From positions 463 to 64,462 of the forward strand of contig JAUYDX010000042.1 in assembly GCA_030691625.1 (NCBI GenBank): DNA of 64,000 nucleotides, given 5' to 3'. Both the position numbers and the translations under genes were made by a program. Source of the DNA: Candidatus Omnitrophota bacterium. Its GTDB lineage: Bacteria; Omnitrophota; Gorgyraeia; Gorgyraeales; Gorgyraeaceae. The notes beneath the pieces are model-generated. The model saw only the letters and a program-made list of their open reading frames with translations. It did not search any database and was not told the origin of the DNA. Numbering within the stretch: position 1 is the first letter of the stretch; each line of letters starts with the position of its first letter. This document shows positions 15,001-27,000 of this stretch, piece after piece.

Positions 15001-18000
15001 GCAGGCATTATGAATGATATAAACATTTTATTAAAGAGTATGGGAGAAGAGGCCTTGAGTTTTGACAGCCACTATACAGGCTATCTGCCTCAATCCAGAA
15101 AAGAAATAATGTCCTTATATGAAAATGGCTATAAGACAGGGGTTGAGGTCCGCGACATAAACATAGCAGAGTTCAATAAAGGCAATTACTATTACACCAG
15201 CCAGAAGATCAGGGATTTAAGGAATGCAAACGGAGTAAAGATAGGGTATTCCACAGAATACTTTAATAAATGGGGCGTAGAAACAGGCGTTCCTGAGTAT
15301 ACATCCAATACCGTGTTCCAGAGGGATGAAAATGGATATTTAACTGGCGAGGCAGTGCTTACGCATAAAGGCGGGGAATTTAAATACGAACATTCTACAT
15401 ACACCAGGGATGAATATGGCAGGATAAACGGCATGGATAAGCTGACAGTGGCAGGGCCTTTGTCAGAGAAGGATACGCCCGCGAGCGGCTATGACCACAG
15501 GAAGGTCAGCGTCTTGTTCGAGAAGATACATTATGTAAGAGACTCTATTACGCATATGAGGATAGGTGCTATCAGTGAAAAATGGCTAGACGGGAACTGG
15601 TATAAGCACAATAAGGATTCAAATGATTATATTGAACCCGACAGGGTGGCGATTAATGTTATTACAGACATCCAGGAAAAGTTTATTGATGGGAATTGGG
15701 TGGTAGTGAAGAACGCTGTTAATTTTGAATTTTCAAGCAGGGCACCTCCAGCTGCGATTCCGCATACAAAGGCCTCGCCTGACAATGAAGAGCCGCCAGA
15801 GCCGGAACTTCCTGAACAGCCTGAAATCACGCCAGTTTCCCTTGATGAGCTTTACAGTAAAGCGTTTGAAACGCTCCAGCCATTCCTTAATAACCCTGAA
15901 GAATTGAATGTCGGGTTTAAGATAGGCCAGTACACTGTCCTGAACTGGAGTTCTACAAAGATAACCATAGATAAGTTGACCGGCAGGGTGTATTCGGAAG
16001 AGACGGATGTCTATACTAATGACCTTGGCAGGCAGTGGTCCAGAAAAGACTATACCTATGAATTGTCGCAAAAGCAGAAAGATAAGGGCCTGACGCCTGC
16101 AGATTTTAAAGGCGAGGCTACAGGCTGGATCCAGTCTGGAAAGCGCGATGGCCTTTGCGTGAGCTTTAAGTTGGACGAAAACGGTTATACAGGGCTAAGG
16201 GTAGATCTCTATTATGACCCCATTACAGGATCGGTAACCGAACAGGATAGCTATGGCGGATACGGCAATTCAAAAGAAGGGACATGGGTTACCTATAAGA
16301 CAGAGTATTCTGACGGCCGTTCCAGTGACGGTACCGATGATGTAGAGGAATTTTTAAGGAATTCCGGATATTTAATAGCAGGTTCGGAGATAGAGACCAC
16401 GACCCAGAGTTACGAGGACACAGAGGACCAGGGAGGATATGCCAGAAACCAGACGCGCATCGAGTACCAGGTAAAGGTCAAGCAGGGCGTAAGTATCGGA
16501 GACGCGCTGGACCAGAAGAACCTGACCTATGATATTCTTGGCAGGATTACGTCAGGCGTATTCGCGACCTGGAACGACAAGAAAAGTAGATATGATATCA
16601 CCACTAAGACCAATATGCGGTATGACGCTTATGGCCGTCCCTTAAGCTATACTGAATATTCCACAATTGACGGCATCACATCCACAACAAATATCAAAGA
16701 TATCACTTATGACGCCTTTGGCCAGGAAATAAGCCGCTATATATCCGGAGAGTCAATAGACAGTAAGAATAAAAAAACCACCTTTAAAGGCACTATCACC
16801 AGCACCAATACCTACGACCCAGTAGGGCTTCTCAAGCAGAAGACCACAAGCGAGAACATCAAGTATGAACAGAAAAAATCCGGGTGGGGGCTGTTTGCTT
16901 TCTTTGGAGCAATATTCGCAGCAATATTTGCGGTCTTACTTGCGCCTTTCACAGGCGGTATGAGTTTATTGCTGCTTAAGGTCCTTTCTATAATGCTAAC
17001 AGTATCATTCTATGGTATGGCTACTATTGCTATAGCTAAAATTTGTGGCTGGGGCGGTTATGCAGTAGGCAGTATTTCAGAAAAGATTACTCAGTATAGC
17101 TATATTTTCAGTAAACTCGGCCGCACAGATACAGAAAAAGTCCTTAAGGATGTTCAGAAGGCCATATGGAATTTCTGGAGGGTTGCTGAGACTGTAAATA
17201 TTATAGCAGTGGGCATAATTGCTTCGATTATAAGTTTTGGAGTTTTAGGCCCTGCTATTGCAGGAGCTATGACTGCTCAAACTGCTGCTACAGCCGCGGT
17301 AGCAACTACAACTGCAGCAATATCTGGAAGCGTAGCTGCTTTAACTGCTGGTACAGTTGCGGGAGGCGTTGCCGCAGCCATGGCCGCGGGTTTCTCTGCT
17401 ATTGCAGCTGCCGCAGTAGCGCATTTAGCAGTTGTCACTTTTATCGCAGGCATGATTGCCACTGGCATAGCCGCAGTTGTATCAGGCGTTATTACAGCAT
17501 TCTTTGAGTTTATGCAAAATGATTTTAAGTCTTGGGCATTCGGATTAAGGGATTTCCTCATGTCTTTTGCAAGCGGCGTATTCAGCGCGGTATTTGAAGG
17601 AATAAGCCAGGCGCTTCAGTCGAGCTGGAGCGCAGGCGGCAAGGTAGCAAAGGTAATACATCAGATGAGAGATGCGTTCAGAACAGTAAGTCATTTAATG
17701 CCAGGCGCGCTTACAGGATTTACAATAGCGCTTCTTTATACCACTGTGAAATGGATAGCTACAGGTAAATTCGAATTTGATAATTTAGCGTATGGGATTA
17801 TGGCAGCAGGACTTTTTACAGATATACTGAGATGGGCGTTTAATATAGGGATGGGCCCAACAAAGTATGGCCCATTCAAAGAAGGCCTTTCTGTAAAAAG
17901 CGATTTTATCTATGACAAGATCTGGAAAAACCTGTCAGGCGCATTGAATAAAGTCTGGGAAGGATTCAAAAAGATCCTCAGCATTAGCCAGGAATATACT

Positions 18001-21000
18001 ATAGGCAATACCTATGACCAGCAGTTTGGCTTTGAGCTTGGCTTGAGCAGTTTTAAGCCTACAAAGACCGGATTTTTTGCAGGAATTAAAGAAAGGATGG
18101 CTTATTTAGCAAATTCTCCGTTCGTAGCGCACGATGCATTTGTTTTTGTCAGAAAGATAGTGCGCGGCTTTATAGAAATATTTGCAGCCAGTAAGCTCTC
18201 TGAGGCGCAGAGGGCAAAGCAGTCTAAAGAGTCGTCCGGCTCAAGGAGCACTGCGCCATGGATAGCTCTCTTAGGGTTTATTTCAATTGATGTGACCAAG
18301 CTTGATGTTGCAAGGAATATAGATAAGAATGGAAAGCCTATAGCGGATATTAAAAAAACCATAGAGATGGCGCCAGGCTTAAAAGTGCCTATCCTTAACA
18401 GCCTTACATACAGAAGCATGGATTTATTCGGAAGCCTGGGAAGACTGGTTATCCAGGTAGTAATGGCAAATGTGGCGATCCATAACCAGGAGAAGACAGC
18501 AGACGGGAGAGAAACCGGCAAGGAGAAGATCTGGGTTACCCTGATGAGGAATATAGTGGTAAATTCCTTTAATGTCATTGCCAGGATCGTGAATGTGGAA
18601 AGGACTGTCAGGGACAGGCTTGCCCAGGAAAACGGCTGGGTAGAAGGGGTTGATGGCTGTGAAATGGATATGGATAAAGAAGGCAACTGGGTGGCTACAA
18701 AGGACGGCCAGATGATCAAGTTTAACCCCACAGGCATGCTTATTATAGGAAGAGATATGTTTGGAATAGACAAGGATGGAAATCAGGTCCACATAGTAGA
18801 GAAGTTTATAAAAGCCGCTGAAATGAAAGGAAGGGAAGATAATTTTGAAGGATGTTACGGCGTGATAGTAAGAACTAAAAATGGGGATATTACTTATACC
18901 CCGATTGTAAAATTAGAAAATAAATTCCAATATCTTTCTGAGATTACACAAGAAGAGTATGAGAATAACCTGGCGTCATTCCATGTCACAAGCTATGCAG
19001 CCATGAATTTTGACGGGCTTTTAGGTCCTGGCACAAAGGATAAGATTGAAATTGAAGAGGCATTTGAGCTTATGCCTTCCGCTGATTTCAGCAATGAACC
19101 GGTCTATGTGTTTATAGTCATTGATAAAGATGGGAAAATAACAAAGCGCATGGAAGTATTTGACATGAGACTCAGAAGGCTTATGGAATATGAGTTTAAA
19201 TTAGACGCATTGCCGATGCTTACTTTCTATGGCAACTGGATGCCTTATGTAGGTAAAAATCTTACTACAGGTAAATTCGAGATTTTATATGAACGCGACA
19301 GCTTTACGGTTTTTGGCAATAATTCCGCGATTAAAGCCCATAGAAATGCTGACGGGACTATAACAAAGATTCTTTATGCGCTGGAAGGCGGAAAATTTAT
19401 TCAAAACGGTAATCCAGAAACCTTAAGGCCTGATTATGCGATAACGCTTGAGCTGCCAAAGGTGTTCATAGGAACACCTTTCTTTCCAAAAAGCGAAACC
19501 GGGGAAGAAAAGGAAACTAAGCAGCCTGCCGGAAAATTGTTGCAGCTTCCAGGGAAGTTTTTTGGCGAGGAAGGCAGCGTGAAAGCTGTTATAACAGATG
19601 AATCCGCAGCTATGATTAAATTCAGATACGAGATTGGCGGAAAGATATATGAAGGTGTCATAACAGCTATAGAGGAAGGGAAGGGAGGGATTGAGCGTTC
19701 AAGGATAGAAGAAATAACCAGTATTGACATGGCAAAGATAGAGATCATAACAGATACAGGCAAAGCCATATTTTATAAAATCGGAGACCAGACTTTCAGT
19801 GAAAACGAATATAAGATATTTAAGGATTCCGCAGTTAAAATGAACCTGGATTTCAAGCTGTGCCTGGAGCTTGTAAAGCTATTTAACATTGATCCGAAGG
19901 ATTTATTTAAAGATCAAGGGGTAAACGCAGATAAAAAGATTATCGGAGCGCTAAAGGCGTTATTAGAAATTTCAGCAGGCAGGGCGCCGCCTCTAGCAGT
20001 AGAGAAGATCTCAGCTTTTATAGATAAAATAAATAAAGGAGAAATAAAAGTAAAATACCTTACAGATTCCCCTGAAAATTCAGGCGTCCTCGCCAGATTT
20101 AACCCGGAAACAAATGAACTCTCCATAGCAGGGCTAAATACCTCAGATAAAGACATGGCAGTCCTGTTCGGCCTTGTCATATTCCACGAACTCACAGGCC
20201 ATCTGGAATTTACAAAAGCCACAGGCTTAAAGGCTGTAGATACGCTAAGCGTGTTTATTAACGAAATCGCGGCCTGGATGAGTACACTTGACATATTCGG
20301 CATAGATAACCTTAGCGGTATATTAAAGGAAAAGATAAAGGACGCGAAAGGCATTGCGCTAGTCATAAAGGCGCAGTTTGAGGCATTGATAGACGCTGTA
20401 AAATCCGGGACATTGCCAAAGAAAATATTTGAGGCATATGGTTTTGACAAGGCGCTTGGAAAGTCCTTTGAGAATATCAAATTTGAAGTCCTGGCAAAGC
20501 TAAAAGAGATATCCCCTCTTACTAAGGGCACTATATTCGAATCAGCTGTTAGTAAGCTTATAGGTATGCTGTCGCTGTCTCTGGCGCCTGTTGTAATACC
20601 CAGGCAGTCTATTGATTCAAGAGGCAGGGTAGTTGAAACGACCTACATGATATCCGGCGGCGCGCCAGGCACCATAGAATCCATCTCTGTCAGGTATTCC
20701 TACCGCGGGGATACCAATGTGCTTGATTACATGGAAGGCAGGCTCCCCATCGCAGACGGCATGTTCGCAGACAGGTCTATAAAGGTATATTGTGACAGCC
20801 ATGGCATGCTTGACTGGAAAACCGCGATATTCACAGATACAAATGAAAAAGCGGAATTGATATTAGCGACAAACACAGAAGGGAAAAAGTTTATATTTGA
20901 CACAATTTCAGGCAATTTGTTCGGGTTAGATATTATAGATACCTTAAAAGGAGAAAACCGTTTATCCGCGAGTTTCTCTATTAAAGACATTGACACCAAA

Positions 21001-24000
21001 AATGGTAAAGATGCATTTTATAAGGCAATAATAGGACATTATGCAAATATAGCCGAAGAGCTCAGAAAAGACAGTTATTATAAAGGACCGGTTATAACAG
21101 AGGAAAATTGGGGTAGCCAGTTCAGAGCTGTAAATATCGCAGCTGCAATGAAATCCATAGCCGAACTTAGAGCCAAGGCTTACCATGAAACTGCCGACGC
21201 CTTACTCGTAAAAGCAGAGACCTTAGTACAAAAAGGCCAGTGGAGAGAAGCGCTCGGCGATATATTCACAGCCCAGGCAAATGTCGTTGCTGAAAACTGG
21301 GCAAAGACAACAACTAAAGATGGAAAGACCATATGGCTAGCAAATAACGGCAATATTGAAACTATCGGCAAGCTTTATATAACAACCCAGATAGCCGAGC
21401 TTAGAGCCAAGGCTTACCATGAAACTGCCGACGCCTTACTCGTAAAAGCAGAGGCCTTAGTAGCAAAAGGCCAGTGGAGAGAAGCGCTCGGAGATATATT
21501 CACAGCCCAGACAAATGTCGTTGCTGAAAACTGGGCAAAGAAAGAGGCGAAGTGGGATTCTTACAAAGGCTCTATACTCGACAAAGTAGAGCAGGCAGGC
21601 TTGGACTACGGAAAGTATCTGTTAGGCATAGCAAATAAAGAGATAACCGAAGCAAAAGGAAAAGGTATCACTATAGAAAGCTTTGATCCTTCAAAGATTA
21701 CACTCACAAAAGACAACTGGAGAGAAATGCTCAGCACTATCTCTACAGGCCTGACAAATATATCTGTAGAAATGTGGGCAAAGACTACAAATACCAAAGA
21801 TGGGAAGATGACAATATGGACAACTAATAACGGGAATACTGAAACTATCGGCGCTCTTTACGCAACCCATCTCATAGCTGATATCAGGAGCAAGCCTAAC
21901 CATGAGAGCGCAAATACCCTTCTTGCAAAGGCAGAAGGCCTGATAGCTAAAGGCCAGTGGAGAGAAGCGCTCGGCGATATATATGAGGCGCAAGCAAAGA
22001 TATTTAATGTCCGAGTTGTAAACGGCAGGGAGTTTGCATTTGTGAAAGAGAATGGAGTGGAGAATCTGGGAAATGGCAATATGAAAGTTACTCTTATGGA
22101 CGGAACAGAGTATTTTGTTGATAAGGGCGGAAATATCTACAGGAGAGTAACGCGTTCCAGAGAAGTTGATATAGAAAAGACAATAGCGGAACAGGGTGAA
22201 TTCAAAGATATAAAAGAAGGTAATTCAGTTAAGACAGTGTTTATCTCAGGAGCGCGCGTAACTATAACAAAAAGCGATCCAAGAAACCATGAGCTGGCAT
22301 TTCAGGTAAACCTTCTCAAGGTAGAAACAATCCACGATGGCTTACTAGTATCTATGACAGAAAATGGCATAGATGAAAAAGGCAAGAGTATAAATAAGAG
22401 AGTTAAATATGAAAACGAGGCTATGTATTTTGACGGCAAGTCTTATGTCCTCAGTATAGGCAAATCGAGCGAGGGTTATATAGATTCAATAGGTCAATAT
22501 GAAGCTTCCTCTTCGGGCGAATATAAGCTTATAAATTTTGCCCAGCTGCCAGAAGGAACACACGTTAAACAGGTTAATTACAACTTATTCAAAGAAACAA
22601 AGAGTATGCCAGACCACTTTGACCCTGCTACGCAAAAATGCATAGAGAAAGATGTGATTTTTGTAAGACTTACCTTAACTAATTCTTCCGGCACAGAAAT
22701 AAGCGGGGTTTCTTATGACAGTTACGCATACGCGGATAACGCCGAGTATCATCTAAGCACTTCTATACAGCGTATACGCATGCCCAGCGGAGATCCTACT
22801 ATACCTAATTATGTTACCACAGAAGAAGTTTTAAGCCGCTCGTCCTCATTATACGATGGCTCTGGCGCGCTTATTTATACAGGATCTATAGACAGAGATG
22901 GGAAAATAGAACAGGTTACTGATTTTACCAGCATAGATGGCAGATTGGTGCAGAAAGAGACAGTAAACATAGTGGATAGCAAGGTTCATAAAGGAACATT
23001 CACTTGGGAAAAAGATTGGGACGGTTATAAATCCACAATGGAAATGATAACCGAGGAAAATTTAGGGGATACAAAAAAGACTATTACGGTAAAGGAAATA
23101 ACTTATTATGATAGCACGTTTTCAAATATTCCAGGGACTGGTTCTACTGTATTTACAGATGGCAAAAAAGAATGGGCTGTAGAAGAATCAACTACTAAAT
23201 CCTGGGGCTGGTTTACACCATTTCTATCAGTGGGAACTAAAATAAGATCTGTATACTACAATTGGGTAGCTGGTCAGACAGAGATTGACGATGGCTTTGG
23301 TAATAAGATTCAGGCTTCAGAAACATACCTAGACTATTTAATGGATAATAAATTACAAAGCCTTGCTAATGCAAAACTGTCAGAGGGTTTTCTTAGATAT
23401 ACAAGAGAGGAGATTAATGAAACAAAACCCTGGGTCAGATTAGGGCTTGAGCTAGGTATGTCAGCTACGGTAGGTTTTTTAGATGGCATCACTCTGCCCA
23501 TATCCTTCATCTTAGATCCTATCGGCACAGGAAAAGGTTTTGTGGATATGGTTAAGACATTGAATATTCAGCTGCGCGATGATTTTATCTGGACAGTAGG
23601 GTCTTTTATAGGTTTTGGAAAAGGCATGAAGGCTTTACACATATTACCTGAGTTATTCAAAACAGGAGACGTAGCAAAGTCAGGTGCGCTTGAACTGTTG
23701 AAAAAATCAGGATCTTCAGATGTTGCAATATCAAAGCTTAATTTAGGATTTAGCGCTAAGTTATGGATGAAATATGGCAAATACATAGAATATGCGCCTG
23801 AAGCTGCAGGAAGGTTTATTATGAGCCAGGTTTCTACAGTGGTAGGGATGGGTTTTATGTTTGGCATTTCCTATCTACTGGGTACGGTTTTTGGCTCAAC
23901 AAGCGAATATCTTGGATTAGGGAGAGATTTTGGAGAAGGTTTGGGAGGATTAATAGGGTTCTTTGCGCCAGGCGCTATAATGAAAATAGCAGTGGAAACC

Positions 24001-27000
24001 ATTAAAGCCAGGGCAGAACAAAAACAGATAGTATCAGTGGAGTCTGTACAGACAAGTATTATCGCTAAAACTTATTTAGGCATTGAGTTAAGCCCAGGGG
24101 AAGAGATATTTTTAGAAAGGTATTCAAACGATAGCCAGGTTAGATCTAAGATAGACGCAACTACATGGGGAGATATTTTTAGAAAGGTAGCTACAGGAAA
24201 GGATAGGTTAAGCCTTCAGGAATTAGGAAGAGTAGAAAAGCTAGCGTCTGATTTTGTAGATTTAGTCTATTTAAATCCAGGAGAGATTGCGAAACTGTCA
24301 GAGGGAGATTTTAATAAATGGGCTTCGTACAGAGAGATAGATATTGCTAATCCAGCTAAAGCAGCTGATCTTGTAGGGGCATATCTAACCAGAGGAGATA
24401 TTAAATCTGCCATAGAAATCGCAGAAACTACAGCAGACAGCGCTTTGAAAAATAGTTTATATGATACTATAAGTAGTAATATCATGGAATCCATTAGAAA
24501 TAGTGACATTAATGGAGCCAGGGATCTTAAGATAAAGGTCCTGACCAGTATAACCTTTGAAGCTGAGAAAGGATGGGAACAGGATCCATTGGTAACAAGA
24601 TTACAAGGATTTGACATAGACCTTGGAGAAACCTTACGAGAGGGCATAAAGACACAGACTCTTTCTGTGACAACAGATGACTCTAGAATTTGTACGGTCT
24701 CTAATTCTAAATATGGCGCAATAACAGTTAACAAACCAGGGCAGCGTTCAACCGTAAATCCAGATATTATTGAAGCGGCTCAGCCTCCAGATGCAAAAAC
24801 GAAATATAGGTATAATTATGAAACGACTGTCACAACTATAGTAAGGAATATAGCTACGGGTGAAGTAAAAGATATAAAAGAGACAGTGCTGATTGGGTCT
24901 AATAGACGCCTTACTGATGTAGCAATAGAGCAAAAAGCGAGAAACGAAGCGCCTCAGGCATTAAAATTAAGAGAAGATAATGCGAGATTGCTTGAAGCCA
25001 AAAGGTCATGGATTCATTATGAAACGCTCGGGATAACAAGAGAGATATCAGCAATCGGAAGCGCCACAGAGCGCGAGGCTATAGCTACTATAGGGATAGA
25101 TAAACTCAAGGTATTGATAGCAGAAGAAAAGAATAAGCCTGATTCGGCTCAGAAAATCTTTAATCTTATTGCTCTGCACATGGAAGAGAATGCTATAGCT
25201 TATGAGTCAAAATATGGCAAGGCATGGAAGTATCAACCAGCGCAGTATATTGACGCGATCGAGAATTTATATGCGTTAGAAAAAGGTTTTAGATCAGAAG
25301 AAGGAAAAGTCAGGGAGGCTTTTGGGTTATCCTGCGCAGGAGGCAAGACAGCTGCCCAGGCAGCAGCTATAGCCACTTTTAGCGACTTATATCCTGATGC
25401 GAAGGTAATATTTGTCACCACGTCCAAGAATATTAAATCCATGAGGGAGAATATAAGCATCGGCGACAGAGTTAATTACATAGCTGACGAGAAGATATCT
25501 CAGGTAGAAAAAGGCATAAACATAGTTAATTACAGGACCCTGCAGGAATTAGGCATTAGCCAGAAACTGAAGGGCGCGCAGATAGTAGCTGATGAAATAC
25601 AGGCAGGACTGGCTGAGTCTGACCTGGTGCGCAGTATGGGCAAGGACCTTTATAAAAAACTTCCAGTATGGGAGAGGTCCAGGATTGACAGGGAGTTGAG
25701 GCTGTATCAGGAGGTATATAATGTTGTAAGCAGTTATTTAGATGCAGTGAAATCTAAAAATCCTTATTTTGATGGAATACTACGCGATGGGCCTGAGCGA
25801 TGGACTATGGAAAAGAATAATATATTCGAGAGGTTTAAAAATACGCCTGAATGGAAAAAGATGGTTGAGAGAATGGGAGAAACAGACTTTAATGATATGG
25901 TAAACAGCGCTGCAACAGCTTATATGATAGATACAGCTAATGGAAGCGGAGGTTATTACCTGACGCTTAGAGATGGCACTTATGCTTCCACAACTGAGGT
26001 AAACGGCTTGTATAAGATAAGGGCAGGGGATGAAACAAGCGGCTATAAAGATATGGGCTACAGGTTTGTGGAGAAAAAAGATATTACAGGATACTGCGTC
26101 GCTAATAGAGAAGCGGACCCGTTGCCTAATACCAAATTTGGCGGGAACATGGATGGCAGGCCGAGCAAATTAGGCGTGATGGTTGGGATAAAGCATAATC
26201 TTGATATGGATGTTTTAAGGGATTCTTACCTGGATATTATTACAGACCGTACAAATATTATTGGAGCAATAAAACAGGCGCATAGCACGATTGTAAATAC
26301 AGGCACGCTTCAAGGGTGCGAGCCAAGCCTCAGGGGACTCGGGTTTAAAATAACATATTTTGACCAGGAAAGGACTTTGGATTATTTAAAAGAGAGTGGA
26401 AATGTTGATATAAAGGTAGTGTCTGAAAAAGGCAACAGAAGTTTAATAGATATTATAAAAAGTAAATATGCAGAGCAGGAGAGGGCCTTATTGTTAGGAG
26501 TCACTGATAATAATGTTTCTAACCTTGTAAGGCTTATTGATGAATTAAAGCCTGTAAAAGAAAATGGCAAATATTATGTAACTTTTGACGGTAAAAAAAT
26601 AGAATTGATTTTTATATTAGACGACGCTAATTATAAACGACTGGAAGACGCTATACGGACTGAAGCAGAAAGCTCAGATGGCGTGAAAAACAGGATTATT
26701 ATAGGGACTTTTGCAGAAGGCGTAAATACGTGGGCTAGTGTTAAATTAAAAGGCTCTCAGGAACCGGCTTTCAGCGGCTTTGTGATAAAGTTGAATATGT
26801 CCAGCATTGATAATGTGGCTCAGACATTCCAGCGCGTTGCGCTTACAAAAGATATGATAGAGGGAGACCAGAGGGTAGCTGGTAAGGCGCTATGGTATCT
26901 CAATACGGAGAATTTAAAACTCTCATCAGAGGAGAGGGCGATATTGCTAGAAGCGTTTAACTCTCACGATCAGAAGAAAATAGAATCCGCAGTACAATAT

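Noticed and set aside
16805-16830. YDPVGL, considered as the Rhs core autoproteolysis motif (DPxGL)
   Set aside because: The context (N-T-Y-D-P-V-G-L-L) fits an ordinary YD repeat (Y-D-x-x-G-x-L) at least as well as the Rhs-associated core PxxxxDPxGL motif. Without profile alignment, a cleavage site cannot be claimed.
17277-17561. Ala-rich 94-aa minus-strand ORF
   Set aside because: It is antisense to the Ala/Gly/Thr-rich hydrophobic segment of the giant ORF. GCN-rich sequence reads as Ala-rich in both orientations, so this is not independent coding evidence.
18102-18773. 223-aa minus-strand ORF (and the similar long antisense ORFs at 19914-20531, 31401-32018, 59076-59618, 48015-48530 and 39706-40212)
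   Set aside because: All of them lie antisense to the continuously open + frame-1 ORF. Their translations are low-complexity Ser/Leu/Ile/Phe-rich, typical of antisense reading of Lys/Glu/Asp-rich codons, and carry no recognisable motifs. The antisense ORFs at 9585-9797 and 10134-10346 are near-identical only because they mirror the 549-bp coding repeat.
20190-20215. HELTGH, which looks like a zinc-metalloprotease motif
   Set aside because: The spacing is H-E-x-x-x-H (HExxxH), not the canonical HExxH. No supporting third-ligand motif was recognised.
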